DNA of 64,000 nt, from the NCBI GenBank assembly GCA_951406725.2, contig OX597817.1:149296001-149360000 (forward strand), written 5' to 3'. Origin of the DNA: Octopus vulgaris. Its lineage: Eukaryota. The notes under the pieces are model-generated. The model was not told the DNA's origin. It did no database searches and saw nothing but the letters and a program-made list of their open reading frames with translations. The position numbers and the translations under genes were made by a program. Shown one piece after another: positions 41,649 to 55,853 of this stretch; within the stretch, counting starts at the first letter, position 1, and each line of letters starts with the position of its first letter.

Positions 41649-42009
41649 ATGGTAATATCATGGAACTGAATGATTACCATTCCATACCGGGATCTATGTA
41701 TCAATATAGGAACAATTGTATTGATCAGTTATTGATTTCATAGGATTATTGCGCTGCAACATCCAAGGATTTCCCAATAAATTTAGTAGCGTCAAATGAA
41801 GGGGGCTCGAAGGCGTCTCTTTTTTTGCTTTGTGGCAGGTTGCCCCCAGGCCAAATTTACGGTATATTGTTGTTATTTTTTATGTTGTGTGCCCCAGATA
41901 AGCCTTCGTCACCCGTCATTATCTGGTATGGCTGTTTTTATATATATCCAAGTACAACATATCCGTTGCTTTGCCAATTGAATATGATATATATATCCAA
42001 GAATATACA

Positions 42010-42590
42010 TCTATTATATAAAATCCGTTCGGTGTGTGGGTTTGTGTGTGGGTGGGTGGGTGTGTGGGTGGGTGTGAGTGTGTGTGTGTGTGTGTGTGTG
42101 AGTGTGTGTGTGTGTCTTCTAGGATCTCGGGCATCCTCCATCCGATTGCACCCAAATTTTATATGTAGATACCGACGGTATCAGGGCGTGTATAAGTCTT
42201 GAAAAAATTACAAAAATCGATTCCAGGTGAGAATGCGATTGATAAAGCCGTGGGAACGTGCATTTGTAAAATCGTTTTTCTTGGAATAGAAAAAGAGTGT
42301 ATTTCTTCTTTTGCTGGTGTCTCAAATTTAGGTTAAATCAGTGTTTCTCAAAGGGGAGGCCAATGGGACGGTCGGACAAGTTGTTTTGAGAACATTTGTT
42401 TTAAATGTTTGACAACTCAGTACTGTCCATTGGACGGGGAGCGTTTTGTTCGTAATATATTATCCATAATAAATTATCCATTTATATTTGCCACTTGAAT
42501 ATAACTTTGAGAAATGTTCGCTGTTGTTTCTAGCATGTGGTACGACCTGTAAGACGCTCAACACATTGGCTCCGCATCGCAATTTATTGT
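42010..42590 (+). mobile_element. Non-autonomous Helitron 5' part (3' end not identified)
   Basis: A|TCTATTATATAAAAT start, GT microsatellite, then ccatccgattgcacccaaatttt, same layout as 56208-56570. Confidence 0.55.
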
Positions 42591-43146
42591 GAGTCTCTAT
42601 GTGTGTGTGTGTGTGCGCGCGCGCGTGTGTGTGTGAGAGAGAGTATGTGTGTGTGAATGTGTGTATGTTTGTGTGTATTTGTGTGGGTGCGTGTAGGTGT
42701 GTGTGTGTGTTATTGACGTCACAGGCATAAAGTTTCTCAAATGGATGCAGAAATTCGAAGCATTCCTTTGTGCCCAGTGGTAGAACCCTTGTCACAGGCG
42801 ATAAAGGTTCGAGCTGCAAACCCGGCCTTCGACCCTTTTTCTGTTACTAAGTATTCTTAACTCAATATTTTACATACAATTTTTTTAGCTTCAGGAACCA
42901 CTATTTCAAAACTGAATAATTGATAGATGGATGGATTGGCTTATACAGAACTATATTAGACAATTTATTCGACATGTTTGATAGAGCATATTACGGTGTT
43001 GGGGGAGATTGGGTGCCAACTCAAGTACGTCAACCAAACGAATATAAACTCCTGTGATTAATTTTCACACAATGATTGTTTCACTTCCCATTTTCTCCAA
43101 ATGTGTTGTCTGACAATGCCAGCTCTATGTCTTCAGCAAAACAGTG

Positions 43147-43189
<43 letters not shown>

Positions 43190-43559
43190 TCAGAACACAA
43201 TACAGAAAGAACAAATTACGGTAATAAGGAACTAGTCTAACTTTTGAAAGGGAAATGGTGCAACACTAACGCTTCGGACGTTAGTTCTTCTTCGGAAATT
43301 AATGAGGTAAAGGAGAAACGTAAAGACAAGGGGATTGTTTGCGTGTAAAAAATACAATTCCAATGAAAAGAGTGAGAAAGAAAGTGGATAGCTAATATCT
43401 AGAGCGAATATCGATTTATAGGACGAAATCCAGAAGGAAGATCAAGAAGGAGGTCAGGTAGTTGTGTAAATACATGTGTCAGGGAGTGTGTACGCTTAGT
43501 AGCAAGGATAAGGCTGAATTATGTTTGTGTGTATGTATATATTTCTGGTTGTATGTATA

Positions 43560-43782
43560 CAGTAATCCCTCGCCATATCGCAGTTCACCTATCGCGGTTT
43601 ATAATTTGAGCTTAAGTCGATTCCTTTGTGTTGTTCTTTTGCATTTATAATAAAATAAAAATATATAAATTATAAAAATAATAATAATAATAAAAATATA
43701 CAGTACTGTTTCTACTTCGCGGATTTTTACTTATCGCGGCGGGTTTTGCAACGTAGCACCCGCAACCGTTGAAAGATTACTT
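43560..43782. mobile_element. Tigger/pogo-like MITE with TA duplication
   Basis: TA|cagtaatccctcgc ... gttgaaagattactt|TA. Confidence 0.8.
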
Positions 43783-43999
43783 TATATTTTTGTGTAAGGT
43801 ATTTGAATAGAATAATATTAGATTATGTGAGTGAAAGCAACGTGCGCATGGGTACCAGGAGATAACTGTGAAATAATATACACGAGTGTGAGGGGTGGGG
43901 GATAAGATTATTGGGAATATGGTGCAGGATCACACTGAGATGTCGAAAGTTCTACAATATGAACAGTGCTCTGTGAGTGGAAGGGAATCTTCATCTCGG

Positions 44000-44063
<64 letters not shown>

Positions 44064-44109
44064 ACGATGCCTTAGCTAGCTAAGACTGTGGATTCACTGA
44101 CAGTGATTG

Positions 44110-44167
<58 letters not shown>

Positions 44168-44233
44168 TATACATACATACATATGTATGTGTCTGCGATG
44201 TATCCATGTATGTGGATATATGTATGAATGTGG

Positions 44234-44288
<55 letters not shown>

Positions 44289-44380
44289 TGTATATATGTA
44301 TGTTTATGCATATATATATATTTATACATACATACATACATATAATGGACAATCACAGATGTACACTGACAAACTCATGC

Positions 44381-44426
<46 letters not shown>

Positions 44427-44449
44427 ACGTACATATACATATAGATATA

Positions 44450-44534
<85 letters not shown>

Positions 44535-45466
44535 AGGCGCAGGCGTAGCAGTGTGGTAAGAAGCTTACTTCCCAGCCACAAAGTACCGGGAAGCCCGTCG
44601 TATATGTGTATTACTCTTTTACTTGTTTCAGTCATTTGACTGTGGCCATGCTGGATCACCGCCTTTAATCGACAAATCGACCCCAGGACTTATTCTTTGT
44701 GAGCCTAGTACTTATTCTATCGGTACATATATATATATATATGTACCGATAGAATAAGTATATATATATATATATATATTGTTATATTTCGGAATGGTCA
44801 TATTGCCAGTTTAGCCAATAAAAACACACGCACTATATATTTGGTGTTATTTTGCTTCAGTGATATTTATTTTTTACATTAATCTTAATCTTATTTCGGC
44901 CAAAGTTCTTTCGTCACACTCCTGTGACCGCATCAGTGGTCCTTTGTTTTCTTCTCACTTACTTGTGTCTCTCCTTACTAACCGTCAGCCATTTTGTATT
45001 TCTATTGTATGTCTTCATTTGCGCATGCTTATATCTCTATGTGCGTCTATGTTTATTTAGTGTGTGTGTGGGGGGGATGCCTGTAATATTTGTATCTTCT
45101 GGTTATATACATTCTTGTAATTTGTAAGCAGCGTTTCAATTTAAATTTATTAAGAAAAGGGTTAAAGAAGTGACACCTTAGTTAATGAAAATTACGTTAT
45201 ATAAAACAGGTGAGCAATCAGAAATCGAATAAAGTGAGTGGGACCTTCGCTGAAAATGGCCATTTATACACGAAAACGGGTGTGTAAATAACAAACAGAT
45301 GTATTAGTTTAACGCTCGGGAAGTGAGAAAGTCTTTTACGTTTCAAGCCTACGCTCTTCAACATATATATATATAATTATGGGGTACCAGAAGCTCAAGT
45401 GCTAAGGGCCTTTGTGGGTCTTAACCCGCCCCGGTGTGTATGCGCGTGTGTATGTGTGAGTGCGTG

Positions 45467-45501
<35 letters not shown>

Positions 45502-46342
45502 CTGTGTGTGTGTCTGTGTATTATATATAACGGAATATGCGCATGACATTGTACCCGTATGTCCTTTAATACTCAAAGGACTTCGTAAGTATGCTCGTAT
45601 ATGTATATGTGTGTGTGTATGTATGCGTGTGTATGTATGTGTGTGTGTATGTATGTGTAATGAAATGTGTGCATAGCATTGTACCCGTATGTCCTTTAAT
45701 ACTCAAAGGATTTCGGATTGGCAGTGGAGTAACATCGACCAGAGACCATTAAGTAACTGCAAGTAATTACGTGCGAAAGGGGAACGGCTGGGAGCGGAAG
45801 CTAAGCTTGTCTCGCCTGGGGCAGCCCTTGACATTTCTGCCCCTTCCGCCGAGTCGAAACCCAAACAGGCTCCTAGAGCAGACCCAAAAGTGTCACCACT
45901 ATAGAAGCATCACTTGAAGCAGATCTCCCCGCTTCCACCACCGCCACCACCACCCGTGTCTCGACCTCGCCCACAACTACGCCTCTGGGAAAACGGCGGG
46001 ACAGTGGTACAACCTGGATATTGAACCAATGTCACACTCGTCGTCGAGAAAAGAGCAACATCCGGCAACACGTCCACACGCAAACAGACCCGTGCGCGCT
46101 TAGAAACCCCCCCCCCCCGACACACACACACTCGCTCTCTGATGCGCAGTTATATGCACAAACAGATGCATAATGCGTGTATGTATATACTTCTATTTAT
46201 AATACGCACATCTAAATGCGTATCATCTTTTATGACTAATACACCCACTCAACCAGTCACACACGTACACACACACTCATAGAACGAAACCTATTTAACT
46301 ATCATGTACTAATGTCCCATACTCCTATCTATGTATCTATCG

Positions 46343-46384
<42 letters not shown>

Positions 46385-46388
<4 letters not shown>

Positions 46389-46907
46389 TTTATTGCCCAC
46401 AAGGGGCTACACACAGAGAGGAAAAACAAGGACAGACAAACGGATTAAGTCGATTATATCGACCCCAGTGCTTAACTGGTACTTATTTAATCGACCTCGA
46501 AAGGATTAAAGGCAAAGTCGACCACGGCGGAATTTGAACTCAGATCGTAGCAGCAGACGAAATACCTATTTCTTTATTACCCACTAGGGGATACACACAG
46601 AGGGGACAAACAAGGACAGACAAACGGATTAAGTCGATTATATCGACCCCAGTGCGTAACTGGTACTTATTTAATCGACCTCGAAAGGATTAAAGCCAAA
46701 GTCAACCACGGCGGAATTTGAACTCAGAACGTAGCGGCAGACGAAATACCTATTTCTTTACTACCCACAAGGGACTAAACACAGAGAGGACACACAAGAA
46801 CAGACAAACGGATTAAGTCGGTTACATCGACTCAGAACGTAACGGCAGACGAAATACGGCTACGCATTTCGCCCGGCCTAGTAACGTTTCTGCCAGCTCG
46901 CCGCCTT
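46385..46907 (-). mobile_element. SINE family A trimer (184-bp period; one unit internally deleted)
   Basis: gaatttgaactcag at 46530 and 46714; three copies of cccac.agggg.ta.acacagag. Confidence 0.92.
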
Positions 46908-47496
46908 CTAATATCTATATTAGAGGCTTCCTAACCACGTGGTTCTAGGTTCAGTCCCACTGTGTGGAACCTTAGGCAAGTGTCTTCTACTATAGTGTTG
47001 GGTCGACCAAAGCCCTGTGAATGAAGCCCTCTCTATATGTATACAAATATGGGTGAGTGTGTGCGTTTGGATTAGTTGAAATTTAAACAAAAACAAAAGA
47101 CAGGTGTATAACCAACAAACAGGTGTATTAGTTTGACACGCGGGAAGGTGAGAAAGTCTTTTACCTTTCGAGCCTACGCTCTTCAACAGAAAGGAACATG
47201 AGAAACTAAACAGAGAATATATATATATAATTTATAGTGGTGTTCAGTAATGGATTGTCTTCCAAAGAAGAACCAGAATGAAATTCATCCATCAGCCTCG
47301 TTAAAGTTACTGTTAACCAAATTACACTGGAACTAATCGTACGGTAGAAGATGGTCCCTTTGCGCGGGATCGCACCGAAAGCCATGTGTCACACACACAT
47401 GCGCACAAGTGAATTACATTTAGATACATATGAACGCACAATATGAATTAAATATGGATATGTACAGCCCTTCGCATATATATGCATCTACCTGCA

Positions 47497-47570
<74 letters not shown>

Positions 47571-47660
47571 GGAAGGTTTGAAAATACAATTTTAAATGCA
47601 TTTTCAAACCTTCTTTCATATATAATTCCACTCGTGCGGTACCTTACAACTTCACTTTGT

Positions 47661-47701
<41 letters not shown>

Positions 47702-47850
47702 ATATTCGTTTATTCTTTCCCTTGGGTTGGTCATTTAACTGCGGACATGCTGGAGTACCGCCTTAAAGAGTTCTTTAACCGAAGAAATCAACTCCAGAAC
47801 ATATTCTTTTTAAGCTTAGTACTTATTTTTTTTGGTTGTCTTTTGCCGAA

Positions 47851-47905
<55 letters not shown>

Positions 47906-47927
47906 CATATATATATATACACACACG

Positions 47928-47962
<35 letters not shown>

Positions 47963-48113
47963 GCATTGGTCTTCTTTCTGTTTCTATCAACCAAATCCAC
48001 TTAAAAGTCTTTGGTCTGTCCAAGGTGCCACACAGTGTTACTGAACCGGGGCAATGTGGTTGCGAAGCAAGCTTTTTACCACATAGCCACTCCTGAAAAC
48101 ACACACACACACC

Positions 48114-48304
48114 ACCGTATTTGATACCATAAAAGACACGGTCATATTAAACGCACCACAATTTCTGCAGGGAAAAAAAACATTTTTAGTGCGTCGCAGC
48201 ATGTATAATAGGCCCCACTTTGTACATATAGGACCCGGATATGGGAATTAATTTTTTGAGACAACTTTTAGGGAAAGGAACGTCTTATAGGTCATCAAAT
48301 ACAA
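48114..48304. mobile_element. pogo/Tc2-like MITE, decayed
   Basis: ccgtatttgataccataaaagac ... gtcttataggtcatcaaatac inverted ends. Confidence 0.55.
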
Positions 48305-48727
48305 CATGTATCTACTTGTGTGTGTGTGTTTATCCATTTCTCCCTTTCACTCCAAAAAAAAAAACTACTGCTATTCTGATACAGGGGCAATAGTGGATCA
48401 AGGAAGTGACTGACCCAGGCCTAAAGCAGGTTATAACTGTCCATGTTGTTACGCAGTAAAACTGATCCTGAAACCGCGTGGTTGCGATTTGATTGTGAAA
48501 CCTTGCAGACATGTGGCAATGTGGTAAGTAGCTTGCTTACCAACTACATGGTTCCGGGTCCAGTCCCACTGCGTGGCACTCTGACCAACTATCTTCTACT
48601 ATAGCCTCAAGCCGACCAAAGACTTGTGAGTGGATTTGGTGGACGGAAACTGAAAGTAGCCCGTCGTATATATATTATATATATATATGTGTGTGTGTAC
48701 GTGTGTGTGAGAGAGAGAGAGAGAGAG

Positions 48728-48784
<57 letters not shown>

Positions 48785-48994
48785 ACGTCTGTGTTTGTCG
48801 CCCACTATCGCTTGACAACCGATGTTGGTGTGTTTATGCCCCCGTAACTTAGAGATTCGGCAAAACAGAACGACAGAATAAGTACTAGGCTTAAAAAGAA
48901 TAAGTTCTGGGGTTGATTTGTTTGGCTAAACGTGGTGCTCCAGCAGAGCCGTAATCAAGTGACTGAAACAAATAAAATTAAAAAAAGAATATAT

Positions 48995-49043
48995 ATTCCT
49001 GGCTTTCACCCAGGCGGCCCGGGTTCGATTCCCGGCATGGGAA
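48995..49043 (+). pseudogene. 5'-truncated tRNA-Glu(TTC) copy
   Basis: attcctggctTTCacccaggcggcccgggttcgattcccggcatgggaa: intact anticodon arm (cctgg/ccagg), T arm (ccggg-ttcgatt-cccgg) and 3' acceptor strand; D arm and 5' acceptor strand absent. Confidence 0.9.
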
Positions 49044-49379
49044 CACTATGTTTAATGGCGGTGCCCCAGCATGGCCACAGCTCATGAGCTGGAACTGGAA
49101 AATCAAAAATCAAAATCATATATATATATATATATATATATATCCTTTATCTTTTACTTCTTTCAGTCATCAGACAGCGACCATGCTGCAGCACCACCTT
49201 GAAAAACTCTTAGTTGAAAGAATCGAGTCCGGTACTTGATTTAGTTTTTGTTTTCTTGGAGGGGCCTTTTGTAAGCCTGGGACGTATTCTATCGAACACT
49301 TTTGTCGATCTGCTAGCTTACGGGAACATTAACACATCAACACCGATTATCAAACAATAGTGGGGTATAAACACACACA

Positions 49380-49421
<42 letters not shown>

Positions 49422-49934
49422 TATATATGTGTGTGTGTTTGTGTGTATGTATATGTGTATACATACGACGAACTTCTTTCGGTTTCCGTCTTCCAAATCA
49501 ACTCACAAGTCTTTGGCCGTCCCGAGGCTATAGTAAAATCATTTGGCCAAGGTACCATACAGTGGAACTGAGCCTAGAACCATGTGATTGTAAAACAAGC
49601 TTCTTACCACAACATAGATATGCCTTTTGTATATATGCATGTATGTATGTATGTATGTATGTATGTATGTAGGTCTTTAACACAAACGTTTGCACACACA
49701 TATACACACGAAGAGAGAGGAAAGTGAAAATGAGCGGGAGATATGGGAAAACAGCCTACAACTAACACACACTCCACTACCGACATCATCTCCATCGTCA
49801 TCGTCATCATCATCATCATCACCGTTGTCAACATTATCATTCTCACCATCATCTTCGTCATTGACGTTGACAACATGGACAGCAACAGAATCACCACCAC
49901 CACCACCACCACCACCATCAGCAGTGTTGTAATT

Positions 49935-49971
<37 letters not shown>

Positions 49972-50790
49972 CCATCGTCATAACCATCATCATCATCATC
50001 ATCATCATCATCGTCGTCATCTGTAATAGCAGTGCTTTTATTATGCGGCCGCTATTGATGTTGCTGTACCTGCTGCTGTGTCTTCCACCACTACTATAAC
50101 TATTACTGCTGCTACTACTGCTGCTGCTGGTGGTGTAGGTGGCGGTGCTGATGCTTACTAGTTTTGCTGCTGTAATTGTCATTGCTGCTGCTGCTGTATG
50201 ATCAGGAAGGGGGTTTGCCGCACAGCCATTGCTGTTGTTGGCTATGTCACCGATCGCCTGAAGCGTTGCTAAGCAACAAACAGTTACGTTCTATCCGAGG
50301 AAAAAGAAGAGTGAAAAATGTAAAAACATATATTCTTTTGTTCTGTTATTCTTGTATTATTTGATGTTTTTTTTTTACTTATTGTTTACTAGTCGTGGCC
50401 TTTCGATTTCGTCCATGCTGGAGCAGAGACATGGATAGATGGGTAAAGGGGCAGGTAAATCGATAGAGAATGAGAGAGAGGAAGGGAGGGAAGGAGACAC
50501 AGACAGACAGTCAGACACATACATACATACATACATACATACATACATACATACATACATACATACATACATACATACATACATCCGTATATAGAGAGAT
50601 AGCTAGATAGATACATACATGCATACAAACATACGAACATGCATACATACATATGTATATAGATAGAGACAGAGAGAAAGAGAGACAGAGATACATACAT
50701 ACATACATACATACATACATACATACATACATACATACATACATACATACATACATACATACGTACATACGTACATATATAGATAAATAA

Positions 50791-50855
<65 letters not shown>

Positions 50856-50862
50856 GAAAGTA

Positions 50863-50893
<31 letters not shown>

Positions 50894-51154
50894 TCAACGA
50901 ATCCAATGATCGTGATGCAAAAATTAATAGCTTCTTTCATAATTGAAATCTTTATTAAAATTTTAAAACTCAGCGCCATAGTAATCATCATTATCATCAT
51001 CATCGTCCCCATCTTCAATATCATCCTCATCTTCATCATCGTCAGCACTACCAACCCATTAACGTCATCACTACCACCACTATCATCGTTAACAGCATGA
51101 TCTTCATTGTCACCACTATCATATCATCAACATCCTGAACGTTGTCATCATTAG

Positions 51155-51192
<38 letters not shown>

Positions 51193-51381
51193 CTGTTATG
51201 AACAGCATTAGTGCCGTAGTCTTCGGGACAGCGCAATCGGTGGATCAAAGTCAGATTCACGCTCGGGTGCGAATCCCTGTTTGTGTTGTCTTTGCCTTTT
51301 GTTCTTTCCCCTGTACCAGTGATGTATGAGGTACCACTAAATCGAATACACCCTTACTCTCACCACAATATATGGTGAGAG

Positions 51382-51500
<119 letters not shown>

Positions 51501-51520
51501 ATTTTATATATATATATATA

Positions 51521-51557
<37 letters not shown>

Positions 51558-51804
51558 TCGCTAAATCCACAAGATCTTTTATATTCTCTCTCTGTTTACT
51601 TTTTCTTATTCCTTTCTGTTGAAGAGCGTAGGCGCGAAACTTAAAAGATTTCCTCACTTTCCCGAGCGTCAGCGGTCAGAGGGAAGAAATGGAAAACCCG
51701 ACATTGAGTAATACTTTCAAGAACGTCCACCATCTACTCCACTTCTTTTCACATCCACCCACACTTTGAAAGTACGCAAGGTCGTTGTGATTTCTCACCA
51801 TATA

Positions 51805-51887
<83 letters not shown>

Positions 51888-51957
51888 TACATGCTTCAAA
51901 TACTTGATTCAGTGCCTGAACTGAAGATACAGACAGGGTGAGAACGTGGCATGAGTT

Positions 51958-52023
<66 letters not shown>

Positions 52024-52417
52024 TACATATATATATATATATACATATATCTATCTATCTAAATATATATATATGTATATATATATATACACACAAATTT
52101 TACTTAAATTTTGAATTAAAGAAAAAAGGTTTAGAAAGTAGGCATTAAATGCAGTGTCCAAAACTTGTTTCAGGGTAAGTCTCAGGTAAAGTGCGTGCAG
52201 AGCACGTTCAATGCTTATTGCTACCAGGCGTCATCAGTGATACTATGCGTTCGTCGTTGGATTTACGTTCCGAGGTGCGCGTAGGGTATATTTTAAATGA
52301 TTAATACAGAAGCAATTATTAGCACAACAAGGTGTCTGAACTGCTGGAATATCATCATCAGCATATAACTTCAGGCGAAAATGAAATGTAAATCTGCGAA
52401 CATTTGAAGCATCTTAC

Positions 52418-52530
52418 GTCACCTGATGAGGCTCTTTTGCAGTGTGCGTTGCATCTGGTGTCATTACGTCATCCCATGCCCACTAGGGAGCAGTGCAGAA
52501 TGAAGCCGAGACGATTGTTGCGCTAATAAA
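52418..52530 (+). ncRNA. Decayed hammerhead-like motif with long stem II, followed by AATAAA
   Basis: CTGATGA-GGCTCTTTTGCA...TGCAGAATGAAGCC-GAGAC-GATT-GTT; the GAAAC box is mutated to GAGAC. Confidence 0.45.
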
Positions 52531-52576
52531 TGCTTCTAGTTACACGCCGTCTCCTGTATTACTCCTTTAATATGTA

Positions 52577-52680
<104 letters not shown>

Positions 52681-52905
52681 CATATATTCATATGTCTAGA
52701 TATATGTATATGTATATATATATAGTTCAAAGTTACAGAAAAACAAAAGACGAAGATAGGTGTATGAACAACAACTTGGGATTCTCAATATGAAAGTGAG
52801 AAAGTCCTTTAAGTTTCGAGTCTACGCTCTTCAACAGAAAGGAATAAGAGAAAATAAACAGAGAGAATAAAAAAGTTGTGGATTTAGCGGTACACACACA
52901 TATAT

Positions 52906-52975
<70 letters not shown>

Positions 52976-53120
52976 GTTGCTCATATATGTATATTCATGC
53001 ATCTTTACATATGTAGAAATGTACACACGCATGCATGAGTACTAGCATCGGCATCATTACATACGTCTCTCTCTATATATATATGAATCTGTGTGTGTAT
53101 GTATGTGTGTGTGAGAGAGA

Positions 53121-53157
<37 letters not shown>

Positions 53158-53399
53158 CACTTACTGCATGCTATACTTCGTAAATGACTTACATATTGAA
53201 GAATCCCTTTGATGGCTTATATCTGTAATCACCTGATCAAACGTGTTCTTTTCTGGTTTGGGGAATCCTAGCTTCTCAAGATTGTTACTGAGGCAGTTGA
53301 TCACGTATCCAATAATTATAGCTGGAAATTTGCGTGTGCAGGCATGTACTTAAGTACGTACAACTTTTTTCCTTCTTTAAGCGTCAGCTTAATAGTGAT

Positions 53400-53810
53400 T
53401 TCAAATTTTACCAAAAGGCCTGCAATTTTAGGGGAGGGGATGAGTCGAATACATCGACCTCAGTACTCAACTGGTACTTATTTTATCGACCCAGAAAGGA
53501 TGAAAGGCAAAGTCGACCTTGGCGAAATTTGAACTTAGAACGTACAGACGAACTAAACGCTGCTATGTATTTTGCGAGGCGTGTTAACAGTTCTGCCAGC
53601 TCGCTGCCTTAAACATCAACTTCATAATGATTTCAAATTTTTGCCACAAGGGCAGCTTGGAGGAGGGGATTAAATCGATGTCATCGATACCAGTGCGCAA
53701 GAGGCAAAGTCGACTTCTGCGAAATTTGAACTCAGAATGTAAAGACAGACGAAATACTGCTAAGCATTTCGCCCGGCGTGCTAACGATTCTGCCAGCTCG
53801 CTGCCTTAAG
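53400..53810 (-). mobile_element. Two SINE family A copies
   Basis: Both end in ttctgccagctcgctgccttaa (reverse complement of the head). Confidence 0.85.
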
Positions 53811-54191
53811 TGTCAGGTTCCGTGCACTTTCGTTGTTTTTTTTTTTGTTGGTTTTTTTTGGGGTGGGTTTTCTTTCCTTTGGATTTTTTTATCTGCCTTA
53901 TGTATTTATGTATGTAAATCTGTATGTTCGATCTTAATTTTATTTTTCGAGTTTCTCACTAATGGAGAAACAGCTTGTGTGTGTGTGTGTGTATAAGCAT
54001 ATATATATATGCATATCTGTGTGTGTGTGTAGACGAAATGGCGCAGTGGTTAGGGCAACGGACTCGTGATCGTAGGATTGCGGTTTCGATTCTCCGACTG
54101 GGCGTTGTGATTATTTATTGAGCGAAACAGCTAAAGTTCCACGTGGCTCCGGCAGGGAGTGGTGGCGAACCCTGCTGTATTCTTCCACCAC

Positions 54192-54238
<47 letters not shown>

Positions 54239-54625
54239 GTTTCCATTATACCTGTATTTCAGAGGAGGGACACTCTATGTCATGCTGAATCTCCCCGAGA
54301 ACTACGTTAAGGGTACACGTGTCAGTGGAGTGCTCAACCACTTGCACGTTGATTTCACGAGCAGGCTGTTCCGTTGATCGAATCAACTGGAATCCTCGTC
54401 GTCGCAACCGACGTAAGCCCCTACTCGCAATTTTTTTCTCTCCTTGTTTCTCTCCTTGTTTCCTTTCTGTCGAAGAGCGTAGGCTCGAAACGTAATAGAC
54501 TAGTGTTATTTCTATTCCTGAGCGCCATACTAATACATTGTTTGTTTGTACTCCACCTGCCTTCATCTTTTGTTTATTTTCGTAAACCTGCCTTCGTCTT
54601 TTCTTTAATTTCGTAAACCTTCCGT

Positions 54626-54661
<36 letters not shown>

Positions 54662-55400
54662 TATATATATATATGTGCATGTGTGTGTGTACATATGCAT
54701 GCATGCATGTTACGTATGTATGTATTTGTGAATCTTATTACATGCTGAACTTCATTAATACTTTACATATTTATGTGTGTATGTATTTTGTATGTATATA
54801 TGTATGTTTTACGAGTGTACGTATATTTGAGGGTAGAAAATCTTAGTAAAATACTGGCTGCAACGGATATAGAATCATTGAACTTCTTTTGAAAGATTTT
54901 CAAGTTGTGATTAAGTGCGAAATTTAGTAGAACTTGCATATTGTGTGTTTCGCAATTTTGAGAGCCCATACTGAAAATCTTTTAAAGGAATGAAATAACT
55001 GCACACCTGTTTGAATCAGCAGTTTTTAAATGAAAATAATTTCATTACTCCTTTTGCGCGCGCGCGTGTGTGTATGTGTATTCGGCGGTCTGCTATAATT
55101 TGGGATAAATATTTACATTTCTAATTTCCTGTTCATAGTATGCGCACACAAACGCATGTGTGTGTGTGTGTGTGTGTGTGTGTGACTTATATCTACATAA
55201 GCATTTTACGATTGCGTAAGTTATAATTATATACACTGTGAATATGTTTGGCAAAGCTTATATCCGTATGTACAAAGTGCGTATCAGAAACACAGTGAAT
55301 GTGTGTGTGCATGTGTATGTATATGTGTATGTATGTATGTATGTATGTATGTATGTATGTATGTATGTATGTATGTATGTATGTATGTATATATATATAC

Positions 55401-55435
<35 letters not shown>

Positions 55436-55465
55436 CATATGTATAAGTATATGTGCATATATATG

Positions 55466-55497
<32 letters not shown>

Positions 55498-55560
55498 AAT
55501 ATATATCTATTCTATTTATTTGTTTCGGTCATTTGACTGCAAGCATGCTGGAGCACCGCT

Positions 55561-55610
<50 letters not shown>

Positions 55611-55796
55611 TATATATATACACACATGTATGTATATATATATATATATATACATGTATGTATATATGTATGTATGCATGTATGTATGCATATATATATC
55701 TATAGGTATATATATATATATATATATATATCATATTTTATATATATATATATATATATTATATTATATATATATATATTTATATATATGCATATA

Positions 55797-55850
<54 letters not shown>

Positions 55851-55853
<3 letters not shown>

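Noticed and set aside
41894-41930. cattatctggtatg resembling the 3' part of miR-277, in a short hairpin
   Set aside because: The seed (AAATGC) is absent and the stem is only ~8 bp, too short for a pre-miRNA.
46385-46907. Regularly spaced repeats as a CRISPR-like array
   Set aside because: Whole 184-bp units repeat with no unique spacers; these are SINE multimers in eukaryotic DNA and there are no cas genes.
52165-52240. Minus-strand CTGATGA...GAAAC as a second hammerhead
   Set aside because: No convincing stem II or NUH cleavage context.
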